Below, one piece after another: positions 26,606 to 41,433 of a stretch of DNA of 64,000 nucleotides (its first letter is position 1; each line of letters opens with the position of its first letter). The stretch is from the NCBI RefSeq assembly GCF_902459465.1, contig NC_047065.1:2542001-2606000 (forward strand). The letters run 5' to 3'. This DNA is from Asterias rubens (taxonomy: Eukaryota). The position numbers and the translations under genes were made by a program. The notes beneath the pieces are model-generated. The model searched no databases. It had not been told where the DNA came from and saw only the letters and a list, made by a program, of their open reading frames with translations.

Positions 26606-26984
26606 AGACACTGGACACTATTGGTAATTGTCAAAGACTAGTCTTCACAGTTGGTGTATCTCAACATAATATGCATAAAATAACAAACCTGTGAAAATTT
26701 GAGCTCAATCGGTCGTCGAAGTTGCGAGATAATAACGAAAGAAAAAACACCCTTGTCACACGAAGTTTTGCGCTTTTAGATGGTTGATTTCGCGACCTCA
26801 AATTCTAAATCTGAGGTCTCGAAATCAAACTCGCGGAAAATTACTTCCTCGAAAACTTTGCCACTTCAGAGGGAGCCGTTTCTCATAATGTTTTATATTA
26901 TTAACCTCTCTTCATTACTCGTTACAAAATAAGGTTTTGTGCAAAAACAAAATGTTGAGTGATTACCAATAGTGTCCATTGCCT
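26606..26984. mobile_element. MITE family A upstream of ZNF341 fragment (copy 37114-37491; truncated at 3594-3676 and ~16990-17072)
   Basis: Family A TIRs; right duplication TTAG. Confidence 0.85.
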
Positions 26985-27037
26985 TTAGTAGGGTTTGGTA
27001 ACCGTATACTAATGAGTTTTACCTTTTATTCTCATGG

Positions 27038-28283
27038 GAGTATCGATGTAATAAATGCATGAACCGTTATTCAACCCCGGAGGCCTTAGAACACCACTTA
27101 GCAACAACGACCCATCACTACGGCTGCCCACACTGTAAGAAGGTCTTCCCATGTGAACGGTACCTCCGCCGCCATCTCCCAACCCACAGCGCTCATGGGC
27201 AGTTCACATGCCACGTCTGTCAGAAATCCTTCAAGACTGATCACTATATCTTAAGTCTCATTTGCTGATACACAGTGGGGATAAACCGTACAAGTGTGAT
27301 GCTTGTGAGAAGACGTTCAACCGCCCAGATAAGCTAAAGAGACATAAATATCACTCACGATCCTGTCCAGAAACTCAAATGTCCGTTCCGCTCCTTGACT
27401 GGATGCGAGAAGATGTTCAACCGTCCTGATAAACTCAAAGCACATATCATATCACATAGCGGCATCAAGCCCTTTAAGTGTCCGCAGTGTTTCAAGTGTT
27501 TCAGCCGACGCCCCAATTTGGCGGAGCATATGCGAATTCATACCGATGACTATACCATTCGCTGTAAAGTATGTAATAAAGGATTCGCCCGTGAGAAATA
27601 TAAGAATGCTCATAATTGTCCGAGATGGGCACAAACAAGGGAAGCACTGAAATCCAATATAGAATGTGACATGAATGAATCTGTCCTTGGTGATTTGTCA
27701 AACGAAGCTTTGAAACAAACTGAATCAATCGTCGATGCCAAGTCTCCATCTCACAATATCTCCAAACATAATGAGAAACCCGAAGAAGTACATCCAGTTC
27801 TCTTAACTAAGACAAGGCAAGTCAGACTCAGGCACTCTGGTTTCTCTATAGAAGGTTCATATGCTTGACGACACGGTCACGAGGGAGGCTCCGAGGAGTA
27901 GACGATGGCGTGGCGGAGCAAGAGGCAGGCCAAGACGTGTCACTCAGAAGAGAAAAATTCAGAATTGATCGACGGAGGATATTGAGAGAGACTTAGAGGC
28001 TATCAGGAGTGGCTTGGAGGAGCAGCAACGACAGGAGATGGAGAGACAGAAAGCCAACCAGGAATCCGCACAGCATCAACAAGATGGGGATCTGATGGCC
28101 GGAAGCTCACGGATGATAACGATCATGGTGACCCCTGACCAGGAGGTGGTCAGTGTCACATCGGGAGAGACGGTCACTTTGAAACAGCAACAACAGCCAA
28201 CTATTTCAACTCTACTGCTACTGCACTTCGATCACCATTCTCCGCTTACAAGCAAGTGCCGAATTTCTGCGCCAGCTCTGTAA
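27038..28283 (+). pseudogene. ZNF341: ZNF341 terminal-exon fragment, unit 3
   Basis: [47 protein letters not shown]; +2 frameshift near 27247 and +1 near 27348. The upstream acceptor appears mutated (ctcatGG). Confidence 0.88.
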
Positions 28284-30580
28284 GCGTAGAATTCCTAAGT
28301 AACATGGAATACGCTTTGCACAAGCCAAAATTCCCTGCTAACCAGTGAAATAAGCTTGACATAAGTGCAGAATTCCGTGCTTCCGCGAGCGCAGATTATT
28401 TGCTTACAGTAAGCAGAGCCATAAAATTTTGGCCCAGGTCCTGCTGGCCAGTCACTAAAATAGTAAAGGGCAAACCTGTGGCCATAACTTGTCCACTCTC
28501 CAATGAAAAACAAAAAGGTTTTACAAAGGAACAAGTGAAACATTAGAATAGATGTCTTTGTAATTTCTTGGCTTAGAGATTGCCCAACTTCCTAATTGGA
28601 AAGTATCTATCTAGTTGGGTGCAGTATTGACCTGGACTAATATCGACCTGGATTAATACTGACCTGGTCGTAGTATTGACATCTGTTCTTTTTACACAAT
28701 CAATGCACTTCTTATCTTAGGATAGGAGTCATTTTTCTGAAACGAAATATCAAAAATAATTAACATAATCAATGTTTTTTACGGATTCCGATCACACACT
28801 GTCAAATTCAATCATTGTTATGAACTAAATGAACAAATATTTTAGACAAATCTTTGTATATGTCCTTTTAATTCCTGAACCATCATAGACATCTGTGACA
28901 GACAGGGGCCTTATTTCATGGCTCTGCTTACCGTAAGCAAAGAATCAGCGCTTGCGGAATCAGGGAGTTCCATGCTGATGTTAAGCGTATTTCATGGTTA
29001 GCTGGGAACTTTTGCTGCTGCATACTCCAATATACTAGGCATTCTTTGCTTACACAGCTAGCACAGAAAACCTGTGCTTGGCTTTCACAGTAAGCGAATA
29101 ATGGGGATCGTAAGTGCAGACTTCAGCAGTAAGCAAAGCCATGAAATTGAGCCCATATGAACTGGATAATTTAAAAAAAAAAAACTAATCATGAGGATAT
29201 TCAATCTTGTGAAATTTAGATATTATTGTTAGAACTGTATTAATAGGACAAATCTTTGCTGAGGTGATATTTATTTGTTTACAGTGTTTCATTGGATGAC
29301 ATTTTATCTAGTTGTACATCTTTATATGTTTTAAAGGTGTACATTGTGGCCATTGTGCAGAAGATTAGATTAAGTTCATCTTTTAGCTTTCAATAGGAGA
29401 CTTTCAAACGCTAGGTGGCAGCAGACATACCGGGTAAATTTCCATTGTTTACGTAGTTCTGAACATGCGCATAATTCTGAGAACAATGGATTTACCCGGT
29501 AAGTCTGCTGCCCTCTATCGTCCCAGAAAGTCTCCCATTGTCACACCAAATCAACATACGTGAAATATTCATCAAATTCAGTGACCACAAACAAAAGGGC
29601 TTTCTTATTGCTATAAGGAGTTTGTATTATTTTAGGCTCATTTTGATTGCAACAATTGAAATAATCAGCAGTTTTGTTTGCAAGGTTATAAAATCTATTT
29701 TACTCAAGCTTTGATGGTGTGTTAGATGGAAGTACTTCTCTGGAGGATTGGTACTAGTGAACCATTTAAATCTGTGAGTTTCCACATTGAAAGTAGTTAT
29801 TTTCCCCCAGGAAACTTTGTCTTCTAAAACGATGTGTTTTCATTTATTGAATGATGTATACATGTACATGTATGTATGCCAATTGAGGTGTTTGAAATTA
29901 TTAAACCAAACTTAAAAGGTCCAGAATGTTGTATTCAGAAGAAAGCTGTTGAGTTGTTTTGTTTTTGTGTATATTTAATGAGTCAAACAAAGACTGAGGC
30001 AGAAAAGATTGCTGTAGCAAAACAATAAAAAACGCCAGAAATTGGTGGCAAGGTCGTAATTTTTAACCTTATCGCAAATACTCTGTACGTGCACAATAGA
30101 CGTGGAATGAGATGCATGGTGGTCTAGCTATAGCTATCAAATTTGGGTACTAGCTAGACCAGCATGCACCTCATTCGGCAGTTTGCGCCTGCGCAATGGT
30201 ATTTGCGAAAAGGTCTGTGGGTGCATAGCACCACTAGTAAATAAACTCCCGAGCACAGATGTGCATAATGTTATAATACACAAACAAGTTGCAAGATAAT
30301 AATGAAAGAAAAAAACACCCTTGTCACACGGTGACGAAGTTGTGTGCTTTCTGATGCTTGATTTCTAGACCTCAAATTCTCTGAGGTCTCGAAATCAAGA
30401 TCGTGGAAAATTACTTCTTTCTCGAAAACTACGTCACTTAATACTAACGTGTCCAGCCGTCATTTTCACCAAACTCTGCCTAACTTTAGAATCAATTTTA
30501 GGGCTTAGGACGAGTTCAGTTCCGTAACCATGGGCCTATGATGTTACGACGCATTGAACCCATCTCCTATAGGACGAGTT

Positions 30581-30922
30581 AATAATAATAATAACCCGTT
30601 TTTATATAGCGCTTTACACCAGAAAGGCATCCCAAAGCGCTTCATCGTTATTACCCCTGGTCACTGGGCCTTAAATCACTCCTGAAACCATCTCAGCTCC
30701 CTGGTAGGGAGTATGCAGCCTGTGCAACATTAATTTGCGCTACTCGGCTAAATCAATCACAAGAACCATCTCTGCCCTCACAGGTACCCATTTACCCCTG
30801 GGTGGAGAGAAGCAATTATAGTGAAGTGTCTTGCTCAGGGACACAAGTGTCACGACCGGGATTCGAACCCACACTCTGCTGAACAGAAGCACCAGAGCAT
30901 CTATCCGCTTGGCCACGACACC
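30581..30922 (-). mobile_element. tRNA-derived SINE (unit 3 copy)
   Basis: Same as 7025-7366. Confidence 0.85.
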
Positions 30923-33256
30923 CTGAGTTACTCGTCCTAACTCGAGATAGGATTTATCCTAGCATTTCGTGAAATCGGCTGCAGTGCCTTTAATTCTAAT
31001 TGCAACATTCATTTCAATTCAATTCACTTTATTGTCCCAGATGGGAAATTCAGTTTAGACGAGACGACTTATTTATGCACTAACAAAAATGTTTGGTCCA
31101 CAGTGAAAACACTGGCTTATTTGCTTTGCGCACAAAAATATTGGGTATTTTTTGTCAATCATTGGACCAAAACGTACACCAACAACGTTGTTTTTCGATC
31201 TATCCATTAACCTACACGGGTTAATATTCCAGAAAGTATGAAGTACATATACATGTACACTGCACTACACTTTGTATACAGCGGTAGGTAGCAAAATTCA
31301 TTGCACTGTCTGGGCTGATTTTATTTTGTTGTTATTATTATTATTTTTTTTAAACTACACTTGGAACTGACTAACTTATCATGCTTAACAAAATCGATGT
31401 TTTACCTCAAAATCAGTTGTGGCCGAAGGAGGGTACTTCTCGTTTAATTGAAGAAGTTGCATAAATTATAACAATCGCCGTGTGATGAAATGTTACCTGG
31501 AAAAAGGGTACACTATGAAAACTATATTGAATATACTAATAAAACACACTCAAGATCGGGTGGGGAAAAGACGCGAGGAAATGCACAAAAAAAATAGGAA
31601 CAGATGACACAAAGTATAGGTTTCTCAAACAAAAATAAAAATGACTTTATTGATTATAAGACAATTTAACAAAAGCAGTATAAAACAATGCAAACCTTAA
31701 AAATGATTCTGTTCGGAACTTCAAACAAAGAAAACCAAGTTAAACCTAAACCAAAATAAACTATAAGAAACCTTGACCAAAGCTAACAAAAAAACTAAAC
31801 AAAAATCAAATTAAAATCAAAATGGCTTTTGAAACTGATTCCATAATTATTAGCAGGAAATACACTTGAAGCAGGCAAAATTATGTAGAAATTAAAACTT
31901 AAGCAGAGAGATAAAACAGAAGTGCTCCTTGCGCTGCAGGCTGCTATCTGATTGTTATTTAAAGATACAATCAATCACAACCTCAAGTTCAAAATCCATT
32001 TAGCAAAATAACCAATCTGTGAAAGTTTCATCACATTGGGATAGCCAGTGAATCCAATCTGAAAGATGTTGAGTACAGGAAATTAGAAACCTACCCAAGT
32101 TGGATCATTACCTGTTACACAGTTGTTTATTTTAGATTCCATTCATAGATTATACTTCTGTCATAGATTATATCTGAGCATTAATTAACCAGGACATATC
32201 CATTGCAGTTAATATTAGTCTTATTAGGCCTACTAAGAGAATAATCGATTTTCCACCATAACCGCCATTTGCTTGTTTCAAAGCATTTGCAGGGGGGGGG
32301 GACCCAAACAGAACAATTATTGGGAAAGGAGACAGTTGTGGTTTAAGACACTGGACACTATTGGTAATTGTCAAGGACCAGTCTTCTTACTTGGAGTATA
32401 TAATATGCATAAAATAACAAACCTGTGAAAATTTGAGCTCAATTGGTCGTCGAAGTTGCCAGTAGCTATGAAAGAAAAACAACCTTGTCACACGAAGTTG
32501 TGTGCTTTCAGATGCTTTGCGAGACCTCAAAATCCAGTTCTGATGTCTCATAATCAAGTTCGTGGACACTTACTTCTTTCTCGAAAGCGCGTCACTTCAG
32601 AGAGAGCCGTTACTCACAATGTTGTATACTATCAACCTCTCCCCATTACTCGTTACCAAGATTTTATGCTAATAACTATTTGGAGCAATTACCAATAGTG
32701 TCCACTGCCTTAAAAAGGCGTCGATCTAGTATGGAACCGTATTAAAGCCCTTTTTAATGTTCGTATATATCTAAATTCTATAGGAACAACTTTCATGACA
32801 AAACTTACAAAATAAAATATTGTATTCGATTCAACAAGCCACCGCATGTTTATAAAAACACTAGCATCCACTCTCATTATACGAGTCGGATTTAGAACGG
32901 GTTATATTAGAAGGGTATCTTGAGAGTTTTATAAGCAATGCGTTTGTACTTGGAAGTCTTACATACTAACGGTCGTATTGGGTTTAAAGTGACATTCCTT
33001 ATTAGTTACTTTCTGCAACTATTTTAGCTACCCGATGTCCCGATTTTTATACATGTCTCCTTTAATCCATTGCATTAAAAGTTAATTCACATTAAATTGT
33101 TTTCCATGTTTTCCATTTTTAGGTTTCAAAGTACAGGTTTAATTATTTTTGTTTAAAATTTACGAGAAACTTAATAAGGTGAAGCGATAAGGTGATTTAT
33201 GAGGAGCTGTTTATTACTGCATACCTTTTTAAAATGGTATCCATCTTAATTAAGGA

Positions 33257-35797
33257 CTAAACTTTCCTTCTAATCTTCATCTCAGTTGTTTGATGTGAGC
33301 CTGGTACAACCCCGAAAAGCCAGCCCACACTAATTCCTTCGCTTGTTCGTAGATGGCCTCATGAAGTATCTCCCGTTCCAACTTGGAGTAGTAGCAGTAA
33401 TTAGTACCACCATGCTCCGGTGGTATAGCCTCAGCACAGTTCCACTAATCCAAGGTCATCGTTGTCTCGGTCTTTGGTCGAGAAGGGCCCTGGCTATTGT
33501 GTATGCTAACCTAGTCTCCTGAAAGATAACACACGTAGCCATTATAGTCACGTGTAAACAAAGGCGATGTTGACAGGAGGTAACTTTAAACATTAATTTG
33601 TTTCGAAAATAACTTAGGCCCGATAAGGTGTGATTAGAAACAAATTTATCAATTAATGGAACTGGGATATTGGGAAAAGTGAAGTTAATGTTTTCACAAT
33701 CAGGTTCACTTTGTTTAACTGCATTCTTGCTTTATTTATTTAAGTCACAGTTTAATAATATAGTTCGAAAATTGCTATCGAATTTAAGCATTTTTATTTG
33801 TTAAAATTGTCCCCTCTTAAGTGTGGTTTTACGATTCAATAAAAATGTTTATAACAAGCTTGAATTTCATATGTTTCGCTTAGTTTTGGCTACAAGGGAT
33901 GCAAAATTCCACCCCTTCTCTTCCGTCTGGAGCTGAGGAACAAAACATAGACAATTCCCCCTCCACTTTTAAAGGCACTCCAGACACTATTGGTTACTAC
34001 TCAAAATGATTATTAGAAACCTACTTGAACTAGCATTGGAGAGATGTGAACATTGTGAGAAACGGCTCCCTCTGAAGGAACGTAGTTTTTGAGAAAGAGG
34101 TGATTTCTCATTCAACTATTTGAATCACAATGTTGCTTTTCTGTCTTTCATTGAGACCTACCAAAAGCAATCGGTCACAGCGATGGACACAGACTACTCT
34201 GCAATATGTCTGTATTACTACGAAGTATCCACTTAAAGGCAGCGGACACCATTGGTAATTACTCAAAATAATGCAGAACAGGCTCCCTCTGAAGTAATTA
34301 AGGTTTTGAGAAAGAAGTAATTTTCCACGAATTTGATTTCGAGACCTCAGATTTAGAATTTGAGGTCTCGAAATCAAGCATCTGAAATACACATCTTCGT
34401 GTGACAATGGTGTTTTTTCTTTCATTATTATCTCGCAACTTCGACGACCGATTGAGCTCAAATTTTCACAGGTTTGTTATTTTATGCATGATGTTGAGAT
34501 ACACCAACTGTGAAGACTAGTCTTTGACAATTACCAATAGTGTCCAGTGCTTTAAAGCATCTTACCTGCGGTTCCAGAGTAACTTCCCACTGTAAGCCGG
34601 TAGTTGTCGCTCACATCGGCGACACTGAACGAGCCATAAATAGCAAAGCCGGTATCGTCGTCGAGGCCTGTGAGATCTACGCGGAGTTCGTACTCGCCCT
34701 GAGCAGTCAGACGGTGCAAGTTGTCGTTACCCAGCCAAAACTCTCCCTCTAGATTCCCAAAGCCCCGGCTGTAGTTGGCAAAGTCCAAATAGAAATCTAC
34801 ACTGCCGTCCTGACGCCGCTGGAAAACCTATCAAGGGAACGTGGAGGTTTTTAAAATAACCCTGGTCTTCTTTGACTTGATCAAACTTATTCTTATTTAC
34901 AAATATATTCGTAGAGATGAGTTCTATCTAATTCACTATAATCCGTAAACTTACCGTCCATCCACCACCGTCTGTTTCCATATCACAGTATACCTGGAAA
35001 GCTTCACCGGAGTCTAGAGGTTGAACCGGGTACACGCCACTGATCAATTCACCCCTTGCAAGAATCTCGGAACAATCCTTTCGAGGGTTAACTGTAGTCA
35101 ACAATAAAAATATTTCAGTTTTTATTTTAGTAACTGTAAGTACCTAATTGTTATAATTTATTTGCCCCAATTCTATACAAATTATACGTGTATGCTTAAA
35201 GAGATTGATAACCAAGTTCTCAACGTGTTTTTGGACACACACATTTAACATACTTATCAAGGTCAAGACGGTGTCTAATACAATCTTTATATTTCCACGG
35301 CACTGCTTGACCTTACCAACAAAGTTATCTTCGGCTTCGTGAACAATATTGTTCAATTTTTTTGCAAACTTACGTCTAACATGAAGGAATTCAACCAAGT
35401 TAGAAACAGACACTTGAAGATCTTCAAGCTGTCGTCTTAAACCCTGGACCTCCGAGGAGACCGCTGAGACTGTGTCCTGCAATTCCTCGACTATACGTTT
35501 AGTATCGGTCAGCTCGGAGGAAACAGTATCTACTTTACGTGTTGTATCTTCTTGATTTATTGATACTGTACGAAGTATTTCCTGGACGGTCGTACAGTTG
35601 TAGCCGCCGGTACCGGAGTTCACGGGAACGGATCGCCCGCAAACTGGCGGGTTGACTGTGATGTGTGGCTGGCACACACATCGCTCAGTCTCGCTCGTTG
35701 TGTAGGGCCCAATGCTATGCTGAGTTTGGGATCTTGCTCTCATAGCAAACACGGCTAGGAAGACCAACAGGGTCATTTTCATACAAGCTGGTTCCAT
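33257..35797 (-). pseudogene. FReD copy 3: exons 1-3 intact, exon 4 disrupted by many small indels (pseudogene or consensus artefact)
   Basis: Exons 35374-35797, 34955-35091 and 34566-34827 match copy 2. Exon 4 (33257-33518) is 262 nt instead of 248 and reads GAC TAG right after the acceptor. Confidence 0.8.
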
Positions 35798-36136
35798 TTT
35801 TAAGGCAAACTGATTAACAATAAATGTAATTTTGCAGGCAGTTTCGTACTTTCAGTTCAGACAAGACGACTTATTATGGTTGAACTTTTGCTGTGACGCA
35901 CTAACAAAAATGTTTGGTCAACAGTGAAAACATTGGTTTATTTGCTTTGCGCACAGAAATATTGTTTCTTTGTCAACCATTGGACCAAAACCTACACCAA
36001 CAAAGGTTGTGTTTCGATGTATCCATTGACTTTGGAGCACTATTCCACCAAGTATGAGGAAGTACATACATGTACACTGCATTACACTTGTATACAGTGG
36101 TAGGTAGCGCAAAATTAATCTGTGCACTGTCTGGGA

Positions 36137-36323
36137 GTTTGTTTGGTGCCGAGTTTGGTTTGGTGGACCAAAATAGGCCGGTGCCGAGTTTGTTTGGTGC
36201 CGAGTTTATTGGTGCCGAGTGGGTGCCGAGTTTGCGAGGTGCCGAGTTTGCGAGGTGCCGAGTTTGCGAAGTGCCGAGTTTGCTGGTGCCGAGTTTGCAA
36301 GGTGCCGAAGTGTCCGGTACCCA
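36137..36323. repeat. Same minisatellite cassette (10 motifs) upstream of FReD copy 3
   Basis: Same position and flanks as 25651-25816, one more motif. Confidence 0.85.
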
Positions 36324-37543
36324 TCTGGAATGATTTTATTTGGTACTTGTCTTCTTTTTTTAAACTAGCCTTGGAACAAGCTTAAACAAAAATCTACGTT
36401 TTACCTCAAAAACAGTTGTGGCCGAAGGAGGATACGTCATGTTTAATTGGAGAAGCTGCATAAATTATAGCAATTGCCTAGTGACAAGTATCCCCCGATG
36501 TGCCCCAACACATACTGTTGGTCTTTAAAGCTGCAAGAAAAACATAAATGCAAGAAAATAGTTGCACAGAATTGTGTGTTTTCAGATGCCTGAGACAGGC
36601 TTCATGCTAAAGCCTTTCTCAGGTTCAATTTTGTGTGTGAAAAGTAACCTCTTCTCTAAAACTGCATTAATCAAAAGGGTGTCATTTCTAACAACATTTG
36701 ATAACATCAACAGCTCTCCAGTGCTCTTAAAGCCATTGGACACTTTCTGATTAAAACAAAAATTAAAAGTTCACAGATTTACAAATAACTTACAGGGTTA
36801 CAGAAGGTAATATGGTGAAAGACTTCCCTTGAAATAGTATTCAATGAAATGCTTTACTTTTTGAGGAAAACATTAAAACAGTATATCATTCTCGTTATCG
36901 AGAATAACGGATTTATTTAAAACAATGTCATGACATGGCGAAACGTGCGATATGCCATACAAGTCAACATTTCAAAGCTTTATATTATGGTTATAACCAA
37001 AACCTGTTTCAGTTGAATTGTCCTTAAGTCAATTATTGGCCAAGACTGCAACAGTTATTGGTTACAGTTGGGAAAACAAAACCCCAAGTAGGAAATGTTC
37101 AAAGGATATTTAAAGACACTGGACACTATTGGTAATTGTCAAGACTAGTCTTCACAGTTGGTGTATCTCAACATAATATGCATAAAATAACAACCTGTGA
37201 AAATTTGAGCTCAATCGGTCGTCGAAGTTGCGAGATAATAACGAAAGAAAAAACACCCTTGTCACACGAAGTTTTTGCGCTTTTAGATGGTTGATTTCGC
37301 GACCTCAAATTCTAAATCTGAGGTCTCGAAATCAAACTCGCGGAAAATTACTTCCTCGAAAACTTTGCCACTTCAGAGGGAGCCGTTTCTCATAATGTTT
37401 TATATTATTAACCTCTCTTCATTACTCGTTACAAAATAAGGTTTTGTGCAAAAACAAAATGTTGAGTGATTACCAATAGTGTCCATTGCCTTTAGTAGGG
37501 TTTGGTAACCGTATACTAATGAGTTTTACCTTTATTCTCATGG

Positions 37544-38800
37544 GAGTATCGATGTAATAAATGCATGAACCGTTATTCAACCCCGGAGGCCTTAGAACAC
37601 CACTTAGCAACAACGACCCATCACTACGGCTGCCCACACTGTAAGAAGGTCTTCCCATGTGAACGGTACCTCCGCCGCCATCTCCCAACCCACAGCGCTC
37701 ATGGGCAGTTCACATGCCACGTCTGTCAGAAATCCTTCAAGACTGATCACTATATCTTAAGTCTCATTTGCTGATACACAGTGGGGATAAACCGTACAAG
37801 TGTGATGCTTGTGAGAAGACGTTCAACCGCCCAGATAAGCTAAAGAGACATAAATATCACTCACGATCCTGTCCAGAAACTCAAATGTCCGTTCCGCTCC
37901 TTGACTGGATGCGAGAAGATGTTCAAACCGTCCTGATAAACTCAAAGCACATATCATATCACATAGCGGCATCAAGCCCTTTAAGTGTCCGCAGTGTTTC
38001 AAGTGTTTCAGCCGACGCCCCAATTTGGCGGAGCATATGCGAATTCATACCGATGACTATACCATTCGCTGTAAAGTATGTAATAAAGGATTCGCCCGTG
38101 AGAAATATAAGAATGCTCATAATTGTCCGAGATGGGCACAAACAAGGGAAGCACTGAAATCCAATATAGAATGTGACATGAATGAATCTGTCCTTGGTGA
38201 TTTGTCAAACGAAGCTTTGAAACAAACTGAATCAATCGTCGATGCCAAGTCTCCATCTCACAATATCTCCAAACATAATGAGAAACCCGAAGAAGTACAT
38301 CCAGTTCTCTTAACTAAGACAAGGCAAGTCAGACTCAGGCACTCTGGTTTCTCTATAGAAGGTTCATATGCTTGACGACACGGTCACGAGGGAGGCTCCG
38401 AGGAGTAGACGATGGCGTGGCGGAGCAAGAGGCAGGCCAAGACGTGTCACTCAGAAGAGAAAAATTCAGAATTGATCGACGGAGGATATTGAGAGAGACT
38501 TAGAGGCTATCAGGAGTGGCTTGGAGGAGCAGCAACGACAGGAGATGGAGAGACAGAAAGCCAACCAGGAATCCGCACAGCATCAACAAGATGGGGATCT
38601 GATGGCCGGAAGCTCACGGATGATAACGATCATGGTGACCCCTGACCAGGAGGTGGTCAGTGTCACATCGGGGAGAGACGGTCACTTTGAAACAGCAACA
38701 ACAGCCAACTATTTCAACTCTACTGCTACTGCACTTCGATCACCATTCTCCGCTTACAAGCAAGTGCCGAATTTCTGCGCCAGCTCTGTAAGCGTAGAAT
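37544..38800 (+). pseudogene. ZNF341: ZNF341 terminal-exon fragment, unit 4
   Basis: Near-identical to unit 3, with extra single-base indels (~37925, ~38673). Confidence 0.88.
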
Positions 38801-41091
38801 TCCTAAGTAACATGGAATACGCTTTGCACAAGCCAAAATTCCCTGCTAACCAGTGAAATAAGCTTGACATAAGTGCAGAATTCCGTGCTTCCGCGAGCGC
38901 AGATTATTTGCTTACAGTAAGCAGAGCCATAAAATTTTGGCCCAGGTCCTGCTGGCCAGTCACTAAAATAGTAAAGGGCAAACCTGTGGCCATAACTTGT
39001 CCACTCTCCAATGAAAAACAAAAAGGTTTTACAAAGGAACAAGTGAAACATTAGAATAGATGTCTTTGTAATTTCTTGGCTTAGAGATTGCCCAACTTCC
39101 TAATTGGAAAGTATCTATCTAGTTGGGTGCAGTATTGACCTGGACTAATATCGACCTGGATTAATACTGACCTGGTCGTAGTATTGACATCTGTTCTTTT
39201 TACACAATCAATGCACTTCTTATCTTAGGATAGGAGTCATTTTTCTGAAACGAAATATCAAAAATAATTAACATAATCAATGTTTTTTTACGGATTCCGA
39301 TCACACACTGTCAAATTCAATCATTGTTATGAACTAAATGAACAAATATTTTAGACAAATCTTTGTATATGTCCTTTTAATTCCTGAACCATCATAGACA
39401 TCTGTGACAGACAGGGGCCTTATTTCATGGCTCTGCTTACCGTAAGCAAAGAATCAGCGCTTGCGGAATCAGGGAGTTCCATGCTGATGTTAAGCGTATT
39501 TCATGGTTAGCTGGGAACTTTTGCTGCTGCATACTCCAATATACTAGGCATTCTTTGCTTACACAGCTAGCACAGAAAACCTGTGCTTGGCTTTCACAGT
39601 AAGCGAATAATGGGGATCGTAAGTGCAGACTTCAGCAGTAAGCAAAGCCATGAAATTGAGCCCATATGAACTGGATAATTTAAAAAAAAAAAACTAATCA
39701 TGAGGATATTCAATCTTGTGAAATTTAGATATTATTGTTAGAACTGTATTAATAGGACAAATCTTTGCTGAGGTGATATTTATTTGTTTACAGTGTTTCA
39801 TTGGATGACATTTTATCTAGTTGTACATCTTTATATGTTTTAAAGGTGTACATTGTGGCCATTGTGCAGAAGATTAGATTAAGTTCATCTTTTAGCTTTC
39901 AATAGGAGACTTTCAAACGCTAGGTGGCAGCAGACATACCGGGTAAATTTCCATTGTTTACGTAGTTCTGAACATGCGCATAATTCTGAGAACAATGGAT
40001 TTACCCGGTAAGTCTGCTGCCCTCTATCGTCCCAGAAAGTCTCCCATTGTCACACCAAATCAACATACGTGAAATATTCATCAAATTCAGTGACCACAAA
40101 CAAAAGGGCTTTCTTATTGCTATAAGGAGTTTGTATTATTTTAGGCTCATTTTGATTGCAACAATTGAAATAATCAGCAGTTTTGTTTGCAAGGTTATAA
40201 AATCTATTTTACTCAAGCTTTGATGGTGTGTTAGATGGAAGTACTTCTCTGGAGGATTGGTACTAGTGAACCATTTAAATCTGTGAGTTTCCACATTGAA
40301 AGTAGTTATTTTCCCCCAGGAAACTTTGTCTTCTAAAACGATGTGTTTTCATTTATTGAATGATGTATACATGTACATGTATGTATGCCAATTGAGGTGT
40401 TTGAAATTATTAAACCAAACTTAAAAGGTCCAGAATGTTGTATTCAGAAGAAAGCTGTTGAGTTGTTTTGTTTTTGTGTATATTTAATGAGTCAAACAAA
40501 GACTGAGGCAAGAAAAGATTGCTGTAGCAAAACAATAAAAAACGCCAGAAATTGGTGGCAAGGTCGTAATTTTTAACCTTATCGCAAATACTCTGTACGT
40601 GCACAATAGACGTGGAATGAGATGCATGGTGGTCTAGCTATAGCTATCAAATTTGGGTACTAGCTAGACCAGCATGCACCTCATTCGGCAGTTTGCGCCT
40701 GCGCAATGGTATTTGCGAAAAGGTCTGTGGGTGCATAGCACCACTAGTAAATAAACTCCCGAGCACAGATGTGCATAATGTTATAATACACAAACAAGTT
40801 GCAAGATAATAATGAAAGAAAAAAACACCCTTGTCACACGGTGACGAAGTTGTGTGCTTTCTGATGCTTGATTTCTAGACCTCAAATTCTCTGAGGTCTC
40901 GAAATCAAGATCGTGGAAAATTACTTCTTTCTCGAAAACTACGTCACTTAATACTAAACGTGTCCAGCCGTCATTTTCACCAAACTCTGCCTAACTTTAG
41001 AATCAATTTTAGGGCTTAGGACGAGTTCAGTTCCGTAACCATGGGCCTATGATGTTACGACGCATTGAACCCATCTCCTATAGGACGAGTT

Positions 41092-41433
41092 AATAATAAT
41101 AATAACCCGTTTTTATATAGCGCTTTACACCAGAAAGGCATCCCAAAGCGCTTCATCGTTATTACCCCTGGTCACTGGGCCTTAAATCACTCCTGAAACC
41201 ATCTCAGCTCCCTGGTAGGGAGTATGCAGCCTGTGCAACATTAATTTGCGCTACTCGGCTAAATCAATCACAAGAACCATCTCTGCCCTCACAGGTACCC
41301 ATTTACCCCTGGGTGGAGAGAAGCAATTATAGTGAAGTGTCTTGCTCAGGGACACAAGTGTCACGACCGGGATTCGAACCCACACTCTGCTGAACAGAAG
41401 CACCAGAGCATCTATCCGCTTGGCCACGACACC
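41092..41433 (-). mobile_element. tRNA-derived SINE (unit 4 copy)
   Basis: Same as 7025-7366. Confidence 0.85.
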
